NCBI RefSeq assembly: GCF_021028975.2
Contig: NC_059429.1
Span: 85,250,001-85,314,000 of the forward strand
From: Sphaerodactylus townsendi
Taxonomy: Eukaryota
DNA length: 64,000 nucleotides
Reading direction: 5' to 3'
Shown here one piece after another: positions 24,146-37,640 of the stretch. The first letter of the stretch is position 1, and the number at the start of each line of letters is the position of its first letter. The notes beneath the pieces were generated by a model. The model saw nothing but the letters and a program-made list of their open reading frames with translations. It was not told where the DNA came from and searched no databases. A program made the position numbers and the translations under genes.

Positions 24146-26924
24146 TACTCTTCTCACTGCTTTCCCCTTGTTATGGTCACTTTCCTCTGTTAAACCCCTG
24201 ACTTTTAGCTACATTTGAAATTTGGATATGGATCTAACATTCTTAATAACTTCTTACTAGTTATCTCACTTTTCATGTGTGTCTCTCACAGTGTAGAACC
24301 CTTTTTGTCAAGCTCCCCTTTTTCTATCACTATATTCTGTGGTTGCACCATGAAATTAAACAGTGTTTAGAACTGCCTTGGGTAAAGGAAATATGAAGTA
24401 TGTTTATTGGTCTTCTTATGCAGCCTACTGTAACCTTTTATGATGATCAGCAATTGTGAAAGGAGCTTTCAGTCGCTCACTTGCACTGTTGGAAGGGGAT
24501 AAAAGCAATTGACTTGGAATTTTGCATGCATGGCTGAATGAGGACGATAGTGGTACTTTAGGGTTTGAAATTAGTGTCTGTTTTCATTGAAAAAATTGCT
24601 CAGCAGGCTGTATTGGGGGAAGGGAGAGAAATAGCAAAATAAAGAGCCAATCAGAACCTCTCTTCTACCCAGACACAAAGGATTCTGTCTTCCCTGTTAT
24701 GCTTTTTTTTAAAAAAATTGCCTTCACTTCTCATATCATCCTGATATCCAAATATTAAAGACCAAACAGGGATACTTCCTCTGATAAAATGACATGCATT
24801 CACTGTAGCTTGTGAAGTGCGTCTCCCCCCACCCATCAATGCATGGCAGCTGTCAGTAAAGTTTACAGTCTTCAGAGCATATATTGTATCAGTGGGCCAA
24901 CATTCTTGATAGTAGGCCAGCTAGCTAACTGAGGCTGAAATCTTTTTTCCTTTTTTTTTTATAAGTAACCCATAGTTTCTCTGAAAACATAGACACATTT
25001 ACTTACTTGCTTGATTGATTTATACACTGCTTTTCTCTTCATTGGGGACCCAATGTGGCTGATATTGTTTTGTCCCCCTCTATTTTATCCTCAGTAGTGT
25101 ATGGTTAATTACCAGATGTCTGCAGAGGGCTTACCAGCCATGTGTTTCATGAGCATGATTTCCACAGTCATGTGTATAGAAGCTGTACCAACATGGAAAA
25201 TCTATGTGCTACCCAATTCACATGTTACCTGATTGTATGTACCAGGCGTATCGTGGGTACCTGCATTCGCATATACACAGCTAGAAGGTTCCATTATCAC
25301 AGTGAATGGAATGCCTACCCAGTGTCTGAAGAAGTCTTTATGGTTGTTAACAACTCCCATTATTCACACATTAAACTAGTAAGGAATAAAACTGACAGCT
25401 ACCAACAGCTACAATCAGCAGATGTGCTTACTATTGCTTGTACTGGACACAAAGTGGTAACTTTTTTTGTAGCTGGCTATGGCAGCTGCAGTTTTATCTA
25501 CTTTTTTACACAGGACCGCACTATTTACAGTGCTATAAACACAGTTATGCCTTCAAAATCCATGAAGTCAATGGGATTAGAAGGGTATAACTCTGTTTAG
25601 GCTTGCACTGTTAGTCCATTGTAAATTAGATTAATGTATTTAAACTGTAAGAGTGACTAAAAAGATGGTTAAATAGGCAGTATTTTTTGAAAAAAAATTA
25701 CATTATTTTACATTACAAAGACTGCAAGTAGAAGGTGCTGTCTTAGAAGAGGTATTTCCTATTCTTCCTGTATGAAGAAATGATTCTTCTAACATGACAC
25801 CTTCTGCATCAAGGAAAGCATGCATTGTTTCCAGATTTTTTTAAATTCCTAGGCAGATATATGTAGATGTAATCAATCAATTAATTAATATAGCAAACTC
25901 TTAGGTGAATCAACTGTGATTCTTTAGTTGGGTGAAGTCCTTAGTTTTTTACATTTAATAAAATGAAAGGCAGAAATACACCTGTTAGAGTGAACAGTAG
26001 TTTGTTATTGGCTAGAGATAGTTTGACCAATAGGCTATGCAAGGTAAGGTAGCATTATGGGCAGCAAACTTGTTGCTGCAGCAGAAAACGAAAGAGAATT
26101 TCCTTCCAAGTCAAATGTTTGTCCCGTATGTTTCCTTCTGTTCAAGAACAGCTGAGGCAAAGAAAGAACATTGAGGCTGACAGTAAATGTGAATGAGCAA
26201 CAGAAGCCATTTGGGATAGAGCTCTAGAGTATGCAGAAGATAGCCAGGAACCCAATAGGGGTGGGCTGATTAACAAGATTGAGGAAGGCAGGTTGGATAA
26301 GATAGGGGAGACCAGGCCAAAGAGCCCACAAGAGAAGAAAATATACCGTATGTGCCATTTAACATTTTCTCTAGGAAAACAGTCAAAATCTCAGAGTTAA
26401 GCCTCGTCGTAAAATCTGATCACTTTCTGATAATTTATGGGACTTTCCCCTTCAGTTCTTCCAGCATAACATGTTGGGGCTTAATTCGTGCCAGGGCTTG
26501 TTGGTGCTCAGCCATTGAATCTTTCAATGCTCAATCCAAGTCTAATAATAAGGAAAGCAATTGCCAAGCAAAGTGCCTTCTGGATGTGTGCAGAGTGCCT
26601 TCACTCCATGGTTGCATAACTTCAGCCAGTCCCAACACATTTGACACAGGACTTTCAGGGCAATGTTTGGAGTCCTTGCATGTCACTTTTTAGAAATTAA
26701 TCCGTCAGGTAAATGGTAACAGTGATTAAAATTATTCTTGTTTCTGTCCTGCCCTGAGTAATTTACTCACTGAGCAAGTAGTCAGCAGACTACGATGCCA
26801 ATAATTATGATGCATAAGCATACTTTGCCCATAGAGCTGTTGACTTATGAAAGTTATGAGTGGATCCTGTTACCTGACAGAAAAATCAGGATGTTTGTTC
26901 CTTATTTTTTTTAAAATAGAGATA

Positions 26925-26990
26925 TATGCTGGCACTAAAGATTTATTGATGCAAAAGGTTTTGTAGATTACAGCCCACTTGATTAGATGC
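26925..26990 (-). mobile_element. Highly decayed Penelope-type terminal fragment (second family)
   Basis: Reverse strand gcatctaatcaagtgggctgtaatctacaaaaccttttgcatcaataaa resembles ctgatgaagtgggctgtagtccacgaaagctta. Confidence 0.4.
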
Positions 26991-28331
26991 AAAGAAGATC
27001 CTTATTTATGAGCATCACATGACTACTTAAGACTTCATAAATAGCCTTATATGTCACTCAGGCATCTGCACTGGACTCTTTTCAGTCTCCCTAAACTAAT
27101 GAACCCAGTTGTAAAGCAGTGAGCATAAATGGAACAAAAATTCACCTTTTTATTTAAATATATATTGATAAACTACTGTTTATTTCAACAGAAAAAAGTT
27201 GGTTGGTTGGTCAGTTAGTGAGAGGGAGGAAGAGAGACCCCAAGCCCGCAAGCAGGCTTAAAACAAACAAGCTAAACTGATCTTTAGGCAAGATGGTAGA
27301 AAGGTTTGTCTCCTTTAAATACAATAATTTAAAAGTTAAACTTAGAAATATTAAAATTGGCCCTGTTGACATTAAACTTTTGAAACAACAGGGGTTATCA
27401 CAGGGTTAGTTAATCACTGTGATTCTGCATCTTCACTCTCTTAAGGCTGGTCAGTTTGGCACATGGATATAAACTTGAACAAATAGAGGTTCAGTTGCTA
27501 TAATCTAAGCTTAAGCAGATTGAAGAAGCATCTCTAAACAGGATTTCTTTCAAATAACAACAGGTGTGAAGTACAGGCAAACTGCTCATTGTGGCATGTG
27601 TTCTGATAGCAAAGGAGGAATAAATCCTGTACCTTGCTGGCATTAAAAAAAAATCTAGAGGAGGAAAATGTTGAGACCAGCACTGTTTATTGTAATTGCA
27701 ATTTAATTAAATGGTTGATTTTTAATACTACTTTAGACTGGAAACTTATTTTAAGATGACTTTGTTCTATCCATGTTTTTTTGCTGGGTTGGAATTTTCG
27801 ATGCTGGATTTTAATTAATGTAATTAATGTATTTTAGTTTTTAAAATTATTTTTATTTGTAAGCCTCCTTTTTGGAGATGTTCCTGGAGAGGTGGCATAA
27901 AAATGTTCTAAATAAATGTAAAAAAATAAAAGGGAGTCTGAAAAGAGCCTCTTCTTTACTGTAACCAACACTGGTGTCAGTGCTGGTTCTTCACCTCTGA
28001 GTTATTACTAACAGTGCTTTCTGGAATTCTTGTTAAGCGTTATATTAAGCTTGTAGTTCATTGTTAAACCATGTATCTAATTTTAATGAGAAATTTAATT
28101 GACACTCGAGTGAAACAAATGCTCATGGTGGTTTCTGAACAGAAATGGTTACTTTGAACATCTTTTGCGAATTTCATCAGCCTCCATAAAATTTCCTTAT
28201 TCCTTTCAAGGTGGGATAGCAATACTGTGAGGATAAAATGAAGGAGGGAAGAATGATTTAAGATGCTTTGTGACCCAGTGGGGAGAAGGTGAGGTGTAAA
28301 TTAAATAAATAAGTAAAACTCATGGTCAGAA

Positions 28332-28530
28332 TGCCCTGATTTGGATGGCCCAGGCTAACCCGATCTTGTCAGATCAAGGAAAGTAAGCCGTTTCAGCTCT
28401 GGTTAGTACTGAGATGGGAGACAATGAAGGAGTTCCAAGGTCACTATGCAGACAAAGGCAATGACAAACTACCTTTGTTAATCTCCTGCCTTCAAAACCC
28501 TATGGTTTGCCATAAGTTGGATGTGACTTG
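28332..28530 (+). mobile_element. 5S rRNA-derived SINE
   Basis: cccgatcttgtcagatcaaggaaagtaagc...ctggttagtactgagatgggagac resembles 5S rRNA and is followed by an aggcaatgacaaactacc tail. Confidence 0.7.
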
Positions 28531-29919
28531 ATGCGCGCGCGCACACACACACACAGAGTAAGATTATAGCATCACCATTGATTTCTACAAGAGACTGTAT
28601 CCACAAAGTTCCTGTGAATAACCTGAGGGAATTTTTAATGCCGTATTTCTGTCCGTAGATGCAGTTCCTCTTGCTTTAAACTGCTGCAAATATATGTTGA
28701 TAGAGAAGTTTTTATCTTAGTGGACTAGTACTATTTTGCCATGTAAGTAGGATTTCAGAGTAGAGAAAATCCCAAGCTTCAGACCTCTTGTCTTGATTTT
28801 GTAGCAGTGTACAGTTCACTGTCTGGTCAAACAAAATAACATATAGCTGACCCGTGGCTGCACGCTAAAAACCTGTCTTGTCTGTGTTTAGAACTAACCT
28901 GGCTGGCATACACTTGTATCGCTGAAAATGGCTAAAGATGAATTGGGGTATTAACTCTTGAAATAATTGACTGCATGTATGCTGGGAGGCTGTTTTCATT
29001 ATTTATGTAGAGAATGTGTACACTGCCTCTACAGAACCTGCTTGGGGTGGCTCATGATAAAGGTATAAGAACATATTGCGAATCTCTAGAAGGACTAGAA
29101 ACTAGAACCCAGTACTGTGTGATGAATGTCCCACAGATACTTTTAACCACATTTCCCCCTTGTGAATCTGAGCTGCAGAGGAGGAACTGAAATTGCCAAG
29201 ATTTTTGAAAAGTCACAGCATGAGCCTGAACCCAGCAGGGTGGCAAGCAGTAAAAGAGACACTGGTCTATAGAAGAGAGCAGTCCCAGCTGAGCATACTT
29301 AAAGTATCACCTTTAAGGAATACCACGACTTTTCATGCTGAGCCAGAGAGGGTCATGATATTCCCCCCCAATTAGGGGGAGGGGAGATTGATTAGTGGGG
29401 ATGTGGTGGTGTAAAGTCATTAAGGATTTACAATGCTGTTTGCTGGCTGTCCTTGCTTGTTAACAGAGAAATCCTTCCAGCTCAGAGATGAGGAGGGGGG
29501 AAAGCAGGCATTTTGTTCTGCTTTTGATCTCTTGCACATTGGGAGCCTGAATCTTGCTCCTCAAATGCAGGAACATTCAGAGGTTACTAATGCTTAGCAT
29601 CTCTTAACAGTGTTTTCAGCAAAACACTGCACTGACTCTTAGATCTGTTTCACAATCTACTTCATTGAGGCCCCCTGCTTCCCCCATTCCTTCTAGCCTT
29701 CCTGGTAGGAAGGAAAACACATGGTTATTTCTGCCTTGATTTTCAAGATACGTGTAGCTGTGGCAGAGTGCTGACGCCACTAACTAGAGGGGAGGTGGGG
29801 AAGAGGGAATAATTTTTCTAGAAGAATTTCTAGAAGAGTGGAAGAATTTGAGTTTTGGTTTTTAAAGCAGAACATGCATGTATTTTACAGCACTGTGGTG
29901 ATAGTGATCATACTCTGTG

Positions 29920-30270
29920 CAGAGGTGTACTGGGGGAAAATGGCACTGGGGCAACACCTGCTCCGGGCACGCCCCCACCCCCCACCCTCGTGCTCCACTT
30001 ACCTTTGCAAGCTGTGAGCTGGGCCAGGAGCCTGCTGTGGGCCCAGCCCATGGCTTGCCATGACCCGGCACCAGCTGCTGCCCCCCCCTCCCCCATTGGA
30101 GGCTGCACCGGCTTGCATACCTGCCAGAAGGGCATGTGCAGGCTTCCAGCCCTTGGCCACAGCTTGATCATGTGGACAATTTTGTGCCCCCCACATGATC
30201 AAATGGGTGGCACCCAGGGACATGTGTGGCACTCTGATAATTTGAAATAAGCAATGTCAGCTGCCACTCC
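29920..30270. mobile_element. GC-rich non-autonomous hAT-like element (relative of 49733-50386)
   Basis: Starts cagaggtgtactgggggaaaatggcactggggcaacacctg, matching cagaggcatattgggggaaatggcgcctggggacaacacctg at 49733. Confidence 0.6.
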
Positions 30271-32338
30271 TAGGCAGGCCTATGCTGACTGCCATTTGCA
30301 ATTATCTACAGCCTTCTAGTAGAGAGGTTTTATGACTGCTCAGTAGCAGAATGCCATTAGGACGGTGGTGTATCATACTGTTCCCAGCATTTGCTCAGTT
30401 TTGTGCTGTATAACAACTTTGCATCATGCCGTTATTCAGTCGCAATAAGTTTCCCTGGCATTGTGATGATTCTGATGCTATGGTACAATATTGGGAGTCA
30501 TCTAACAATCCCTTCACAATTTAATAGGCTGAAAGTTTTACACCAAAGTGACCGCTGTCTCTTGCTGTACTGGATACTTAAGCAAAATCCACTTACAAAC
30601 GATTGTGAAAGTGGATTGAAAGTGCGTTGTTCTGCATGTGTGGAAGGGGCCTAAGAGCTGAGGTTAGACTGCTCTTGGAATAATGACAATTTGCATTTTT
30701 TACTCATTATTGTAGCTTATATACACACACAGCAGTCCAGTAAGGTAGGTCAGGGTGGTGTACATTTTCCCCTCTCCTACATTTTACCCTCATAGCCATC
30801 TATTGAGGTAGTTTAGACTGTGAGAGAGTGACTCATGTCAAGTTCACAAACATACTGCAAAGGGAAATGGGGGTTTGAATTTGGGTTTTCCAGATTCTAG
30901 TCCTATACAGTGCTGGTGTTTATATATTTATATTGCAGATGGAGGAATGAGAAGGAACAGTGTTCCAAAATTCCCCAAGCAAGTTCATGACAGAGGCAGC
31001 CTTTGAACTGGGGTCTTTCAGATCCATAGCTCATACCCTTAGCCACCCTGAATCTGTCTCAGGGTGTCAGCTTTTGAAGTTTGATTGACATTACGATATA
31101 CAATTTCAGATGGGATTACCAACAGTTCTTTCCCTTTAATAGAGACTTAATGGAATGTTATTTACCAGGTGATATTACCTACCTCCAAGCCATGAAAAAC
31201 TTCAGCTGCCCATTTATACGTTAAGATTCTTTTAAGGGAAAAGGACATCTTTTTCCAGGTTGTTGGCAACTTCTTAGTCCCAGAGCTGTTGTTGACTGTG
31301 GCAGCTGTGCATCTTTAGGGGTTTCTTATCTTGGTGCCAATTTATCAGGCCAATGTGGAATACTTTCACTTGCTCACCTCCCTCTCTTTTCTGTGCCCTG
31401 GTACCATGTGCTCCCCAGAACAAATGCCTGAAATAAACATAGCTCTGTGTACGCAGAGCAACTGTGCCTTGCCCACAGCCTCTGCTTGGATCTGGATGCC
31501 AGATTAAGGCAGGTGGAGGAAGGGGCTGCCAAAGCTGATTGCTGGAGACAACAGACAGCAGGACATGCTGGGATAAATAAGGGCACACTGTGAGGAATGG
31601 AGTGATGTGGGAACAGGTGCCTCAGGAGTCCGAGAGACACAAAGAGTCTCTTGTCTGTTGTCCAGAGTTGGAGAACAAAACAAATGCCATTCTTCCTAAA
31701 CTTTAGGGTGGGTCATGTGCAATTGAAAGCCTGCAGCAAACAATGCAGAGAGAAACAGTTCTCCATTGCAACTCTGCAGTTTTACTGTTCTGCAATAAAA
31801 GAAACTTCATTTTCCACCAAAACCTTGGGGTTCTTTTTTTTTTAGTTATCTCCAGTGCACTAAAATACAGGAGGGACCTTTTCTTAGGAGAGGCAGATAC
31901 AAATAATGAACGACACACCTAGGTGGTGCAATTCTATAGGGAAAAGGGGAAGAAAAGTTGGAGTACTCTGAATATTAATTGTCCAAAATGATAATTATTG
32001 TATGTTTTATAAAGAATACCATAATAAACTTTTAAAGACAAATCGATATAGAGATGATATATCTCTGATAAAGAGCAACATAGAGTATGTTTCATTGTCA
32101 TTTTGAACTATTAACATACAATGGAATTACAAGGCTTTTTATTTTGCTTTAGGATCTTGTGTGCTGCCCCAGGAGTAGCCTACCTCATTTCTTCTGCATC
32201 TGTTGAACCAATCCTATGGATTTGCCACAATACAGATTTTACATTTATGTTAAAAATCAACAGACCACCTCCCCACAAAAAACCCTCACATGTGCCAGCA
32301 TCTTTAGATTATGGTTTGAAATCCAGCAGTACCTTCGG

Positions 32339-32439
32339 CAGTGGTGGGATTTAGCAGGTTCGCACCACTTCAGTAGAGCTGGTGGTTAAAATGGTGCTTG
32401 TAAACAACCAGTTGTTAAATTATTTGAATCTCACCACTG
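32339..32439. mobile_element. Short hAT MITE
   Basis: TIRs cagtggtgggattt / gaatctcaccactg; 8-bp TSD ACCTTCGG / ACCTTAGG. Confidence 0.8.
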
Positions 32440-33361
32440 ACCTTAGGGCTATGAAATTCCCTGCCATCTAACCTGATCATGCCCAGTTCTGGCTGGATGC
32501 TGGATTAAATGGCACTGAATGTGCTTGAAAGTGGGCAGGGACTGTAAGAGGTGGGATCATTTCTGTTGGAGTTGGTTCTTTGAAAGAGCAGGCTGGGTGC
32601 TTCATTGGAGAACATTAGAAAACCAGCATGTTTTTTCTTCTTTTTTGTGGTTGTATTAAAGTCTAATCAACATGGTGTAGTTGTTTAGGACCTGGACCTG
32701 GGATACCCAGGTCTGAATCCCTGCTTGTGCCATGGAAGCTTGCTGAGCAACCTTGGGCAGTTACACACTCAGTCTTGATCCTGGCTAGTATTGGGATGGG
32801 AGGTCTCCAAGGGGTAACTGGGATTGTGATGTGGAGGCAGGCAATGGCAAACCACCTCTGCATACCTCCTGCCTTGAAAGCCCTTTGCAGTTGTGTTGAA
32901 CATAAAACTTATTGCACTTTGAATCAGTCCCTGCTGGTCTGAAACTCAGCATGTGACTGTGAGTGCACTCATGCTTGAGTCAGTTCCTGTTGGCCTTCAA
33001 TTACATGTGTGTGTGTGTTTGTGTATGTGTGTGTGTGTGTGTATATCCATGTATGCATGGATTTGTTGTAGTTTGATTTTTTAAAATACAATCTGGAGCT
33101 TCTTTCATAACCACTAAAATCTATTGTTAGATTGCCATGCAGATGTAGCAGCTGGCACAGAACATTAGATATCAATGGCAAAACTTGTGGCAAATCTTTC
33201 GAAAGTAGTGGCCTGCCTTAATGACTGCAGCTGTTGAGAACACGCTTCACTTTAGGTTCTTTTTGTCCTTCTGTGCTCCTAGCTAAAGAGACAAATAGAA
33301 CTTTTTGCAAAGTATTCTGCAGTGTTTAAACTGCATTAAAAGAGCACAAAGAGCTATAGGG

Positions 33362-33869
33362 CAGTGGTGGAGAACCTATGGCACGGGTGCCAGAGGTGGC
33401 ACTCAGAGCCCTCTCTGTGGGCACGCGCAAGCAGAGTCCCTCCCCCCCCCCCATCTAGGCTTGCCTGGGCCGCTGGGCTCAATTATTAGCATTAAACCTA
33501 AGACCTAGTTTTGGGGAAGCAGTGTAGGTAACCCTCTTAAGCGCTGTTAAACCCCACTGATTTTCATGCAAAGAACTAAAGTGCAATCCTTTACCTGGGA
33601 GTAAGCTTGGTTGCTGGCAATGGGGCTTGCTTCTGAGTAAACCATCCTAGGGTCATGATTCACCAGTTGGAAGAGTTGCACCGTTGCTTCAAAGCAAAGC
33701 CACCAACTACCATGAAGTTTACTCCCAAATAATACGCGCCTCGGAGCCAACCGTTTTTTCTAAACTAAAACCCCAGTAGGTTAAATTGCCGTGTGGGCAC
33801 TTTGCGATAAATAAGTGGGTTTTGGGTTGCAATTTGGGCACTCGGTCTCGAAAAGATTCGCCATCACTG
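33362..33869. mobile_element. Non-autonomous hAT element, same family as 21362-21710, opposite orientation
   Basis: TIRs cagtggtggagaacc / gattcgccatcactg; perfect 8-bp TSD CTATAGGG; body is the reverse complement of the 21.4 kb copy. Confidence 0.9.
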
Positions 33870-34789
33870 CTATAGGGTATGTATACATACAGATAAATAA
33901 GTGTTAGCATTTTTGGAGTAGCCTTTCTCAGTTCAAATGGAAGCAGTCTGGTAATCTTTGCAAAGTGATATAATTGATCAGTTGAATAATATCTGAACTC
34001 ATGAAGCTGGTGGATGATTGGTCTATCTTTATCTTTATTTTTTGTATTTACATCATTTATATTCTGCTTTCCCACCATGGGACCCCAAGCAGCTTACATT
34101 GTTGTTATATGATCCTTCAAATTCAGTGTTGTCTGCTCAGACTGACAGCACCTCTCCAGGATCTCAGGTTGAGGGCTTTCACACCACCTTCCACCTGATC
34201 CTTTCTTCTGGAGATGCTCAGATTTAAACCAGGGGGCTTCTGCATGCATATCTTTGAACCAAGCTCCTTTCTGTGGTTTTTGTGCCCTAGTTTATACCAT
34301 CTGCCCATATCCAGAGATCCTGCATGGTCACAGCAAAGGTAGGTTATTGTGTAACTTTTATACAAGTCTTGGAGTGTTCAAGGAACATGTCACTTTTCCA
34401 GGTCCCAATGAAATAAAAATGGTAGTGTTGAATAAATAGTAATAGCGAATATAGAGCAAGACTTTTTTCTGACAAGGAAAAATAAATTTTTGGATAATTT
34501 TTGGCAGCTGTGGAATGTTTAAATCTCAATATATTTATTTCCAGTTGGAAACTCCTGACTGGTCAGACAGTAAAGGCTCATTTGCACATGTATATTCAGT
34601 ACCTGATAAGTGCAGCAAACAGTTGGCTATGATTTGCATGTGTGAATGAGCCATCACAGATCAAACAGCAGACAAATTATTCATATATCCTCACAGTGAT
34701 TTTCATGGTGAGAACTGTCCATTTACATATGCATCTGTAAATGAGAACATTTTACATGATCAAGGGATATGCGTGATTATTATTTGTTG

Positions 34790-35010
34790 TTATTTATTTC
34801 ATTTACATTCCACTTTTCTTCCCAGTAGGGCCGAAAGTTGCTTATAATATTCTCCTCTTCTCTAGTTCATCCTCACAACAACCCTGAAATGTAGCTTAGG
34901 CTGAGAGTGTTTGACCAGCCCAAGGTCCCCCAGTATGCTTCCATAGCAGTGTGGAGACTTGAATCTGGGTCTCCACATTCTAGACTACCACTTTAATTGT
35001 GATACCATGC
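34790..35010 (-). mobile_element. tRNA-derived squamate SINE
   Basis: catcctcacaacaaccctg...ggctgagagtgtttgaccagcccaaggtc. Similar copies at ~13270-13455, 30720-30905 and 41705-41922 (-) and 47845-48030 (+). Confidence 0.7.
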
Positions 35011-35879
35011 TGCTCTTATGTGAATCAGCCTTTATCTTGCCTGAGCCAGTGTAGCTCATTTGTTTGTCTTGATTAAGTATCTGGGCAATGTAGCCAGCAG
35101 ATAATTTTGAAACAGAGAGAACTCAGAATATAACCTGTAAGAAGAGCTCATATACAGTTATATTAGAAGCATGCCAGAAACTTCAGTTTAATTGTGAACC
35201 TTAACACTATTAGTCATGAGGGCAAGACTGGAAGTGATCTAATCCAATCATTCATCAAGTGACAACAGCCACTTGAATGGAAGGAGAACAGTGGGTGGCA
35301 ATGACTGACATTTTGGGGCAGACGTTGGAGGCTCTTTAAATCAGGGTTCATCTTCTTTGATCTTGTATTTTAGAATCCTCATAGCTTGAAATAATTTCCA
35401 GCTGCAGCTGGACATCAGTAGTTTGAACAGGAATGTGTGTACTCCACTATTCCACATTATGCTTGCAGAAACTCAGACCTTATAAGACAGACTTGTAAGA
35501 ATGCAGATATAACTGTGGGTTGGGTTATAACAGGGAATGGTCTCAGTGTGCTGTGTAGTCCTCTCCTGACTAGCAGCAAATTATCTGAAATAATTTTTTG
35601 TATTACAAATCAATATTCCTAATATGTGCAGATTGCAGAGTTGTTGTGTAGAATTGGTGGTATGTGGGGCAGATTTTTTTTTCTTTTGCAGAATGCACAT
35701 AGCCAATCCACACTGCACTGGACTTTGGGAACGAACCAAAGCATCCATTGTTGAATCAAAGCATATGTTTATCCTCTTTGCTATCTGCAGGCTGCCTTGG
35801 AACTGGACCCCTTTGTTGGTAGTTACAATAACACAAATTTCACCTGATATATAGCTTCAGGCAGCCACATACTTACACT

Positions 35880-37640
35880 CTTTTAAAATTTGTTTACATT
35901 TTTTATTCTTTATTGTTCATAGGTAGAAACAAAATGGAATAGATAAGAATAAAAAAAGAGAATTAACAACCATATCCAATTGCAATAACTTTCTGAGAAA
36001 AAAGGAGAAAAATATACATATAATATAACAAACAATATTAATATATTATTTAATTTAAATTAATATACAGTTTAATATACAATTAATAAATGTAATACAA
36101 AATAAAATGTGATATAATAAGCAATGAACCAAAAATGATGATAATAATTATGAACAGTAATGATAATGTAATAATGGGCACTAAATAGTGATTATCCTAA
36201 TATAATTGACAGAAATAATAAAATACACCATAAATATTTAATAAACCCAATACTGATGTTAAATAATATTATAACGTAAATTATAATAAATAAAATATAT
36301 AAAAAAGAAACTTGCAGAAGCAATTGTTATTATTCATTTCTAAAAATACTTCCCAAATATTAAATTGAATTAAATCTATTATGATAATCTTTTTATAATA
36401 CATTTGTATTTTCCCCCTTTTAAACATATTTCAATACACTATATCAGGATTATTATCAATAATTTCTCTATATATCCTTCTTTACTCCTTACGCCTTATT
36501 TAAACTCAAGGTATCATTTTTGAAAATGCTTCAAAGTGCACCTTTTTCCCTAAGGCACCTGCAAGATATCCCCTGTCTGGTCTGTGCAGAATGCAGAGCT
36601 CAGGAGGTGTCTTATTTTTCCAGCCCAACCGTTTTGCTCCCTGGTCAGTTTCACCCTCTTCTTGTGCCCGACACAGGCACAGAAAAATGGATGGTCTGCG
36701 GAAGGCACGTCTACCCAGTGCTTCTCAATGGGAGGTAGAGCAGTTCTCCAAGCAGCTAAGATTCTCTCATGTGTGTCTGCAAAGCTACAGAGATAGCACC
36801 TCAGTTAAAAAAAAAGAAAAAGGGAAAGCTACATATTGCCAGAATCAGCAGGATGAGCTGAGTACAACTATGTACTTTTTGGGCTGGGAAGGTGCTCAGG
36901 ATTGGAGCCTGCAGAGCAAACATCCTGAAACAGCCTTCAGCAAATGGAGGCAGGGAGAATCCCTTCAGTAGCACACAAAATGTCAGGTGCAAGTGGAGGG
37001 TGAAACTGACCAGAGAGCAAAATGGTCGGGCAGGAAAAAGTCCTTTTCCCCTCTGATGGCTTTGCTGTCCAGAACCAAATCAGCAACCGCCTCTTTTTAA
37101 GACAACCCCTGGACATCTTGTTTTAGGTGTGTGGAGTGAAAAGAAACAGTTGCCTCTTTTAAGACGTCCCACAGACATCTTCTTTTGTGCTGTGTGGAAT
37201 GGACCAATATCTTTTAATATATCACCAATAAAAAACCTTATACCAATTTTCTCTTAATGTTTGACTGGCTATGAATGTTACGTCCTTTGTCCATAAGGTT
37301 CCCCATTATTTAAGAGGTATTTCTTCCTCAAAACTTTGCATCCATTTCACCATACATGTTTTAACTTGTTTTGTTTCTCTGTCAAATTGAAGTAATAAAT
37401 TCATTCTAATAAATGTTTTTGTTGTATTATTACCTTTTCAAATTCAGTCATATTCCTGATTATGCCTCTTCCTATGTGAAAGTCCTTTTTTAATCGTAAA
37501 ACTAGTTGGAAATATAGTAGCTATTGTATTTTTTAACCTTCATCTTTACATTTTACCAAGACTGAATATCTACTTCAGAGTTTACCATATATCCATAAGT
37601 TATAAAGTCATTATTTTCCCTTATGCTAATCATAGTATGC
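35880..37640 (-). mobile_element. AT-rich L1-like 3' fragment interrupted by a DNA-transposon-like insert (~36510-37204)
   Basis: T-rich 3' end, very AT-rich UTR-like tract, and minus-strand KQVKTCMVKWMQSF typical of L1 ORF2 C-termini. The insert ends tgtgtggaatggacc with a duplicated terminal segment. Confidence 0.5.

Noticed and set aside
28332-28430. 5S rRNA-like and tRNA-like sequences as real RNA genes
   Set aside because: Degenerate, partial and fused to SINE tails.
35374-35493. Possible plus-strand cassette exon containing the double E-box palindrome ccagctgcagctgg (35398-35411)
   Set aside because: Weak donor context (CTT|GTAAGA) and no supporting evidence; the short palindrome could be chance.
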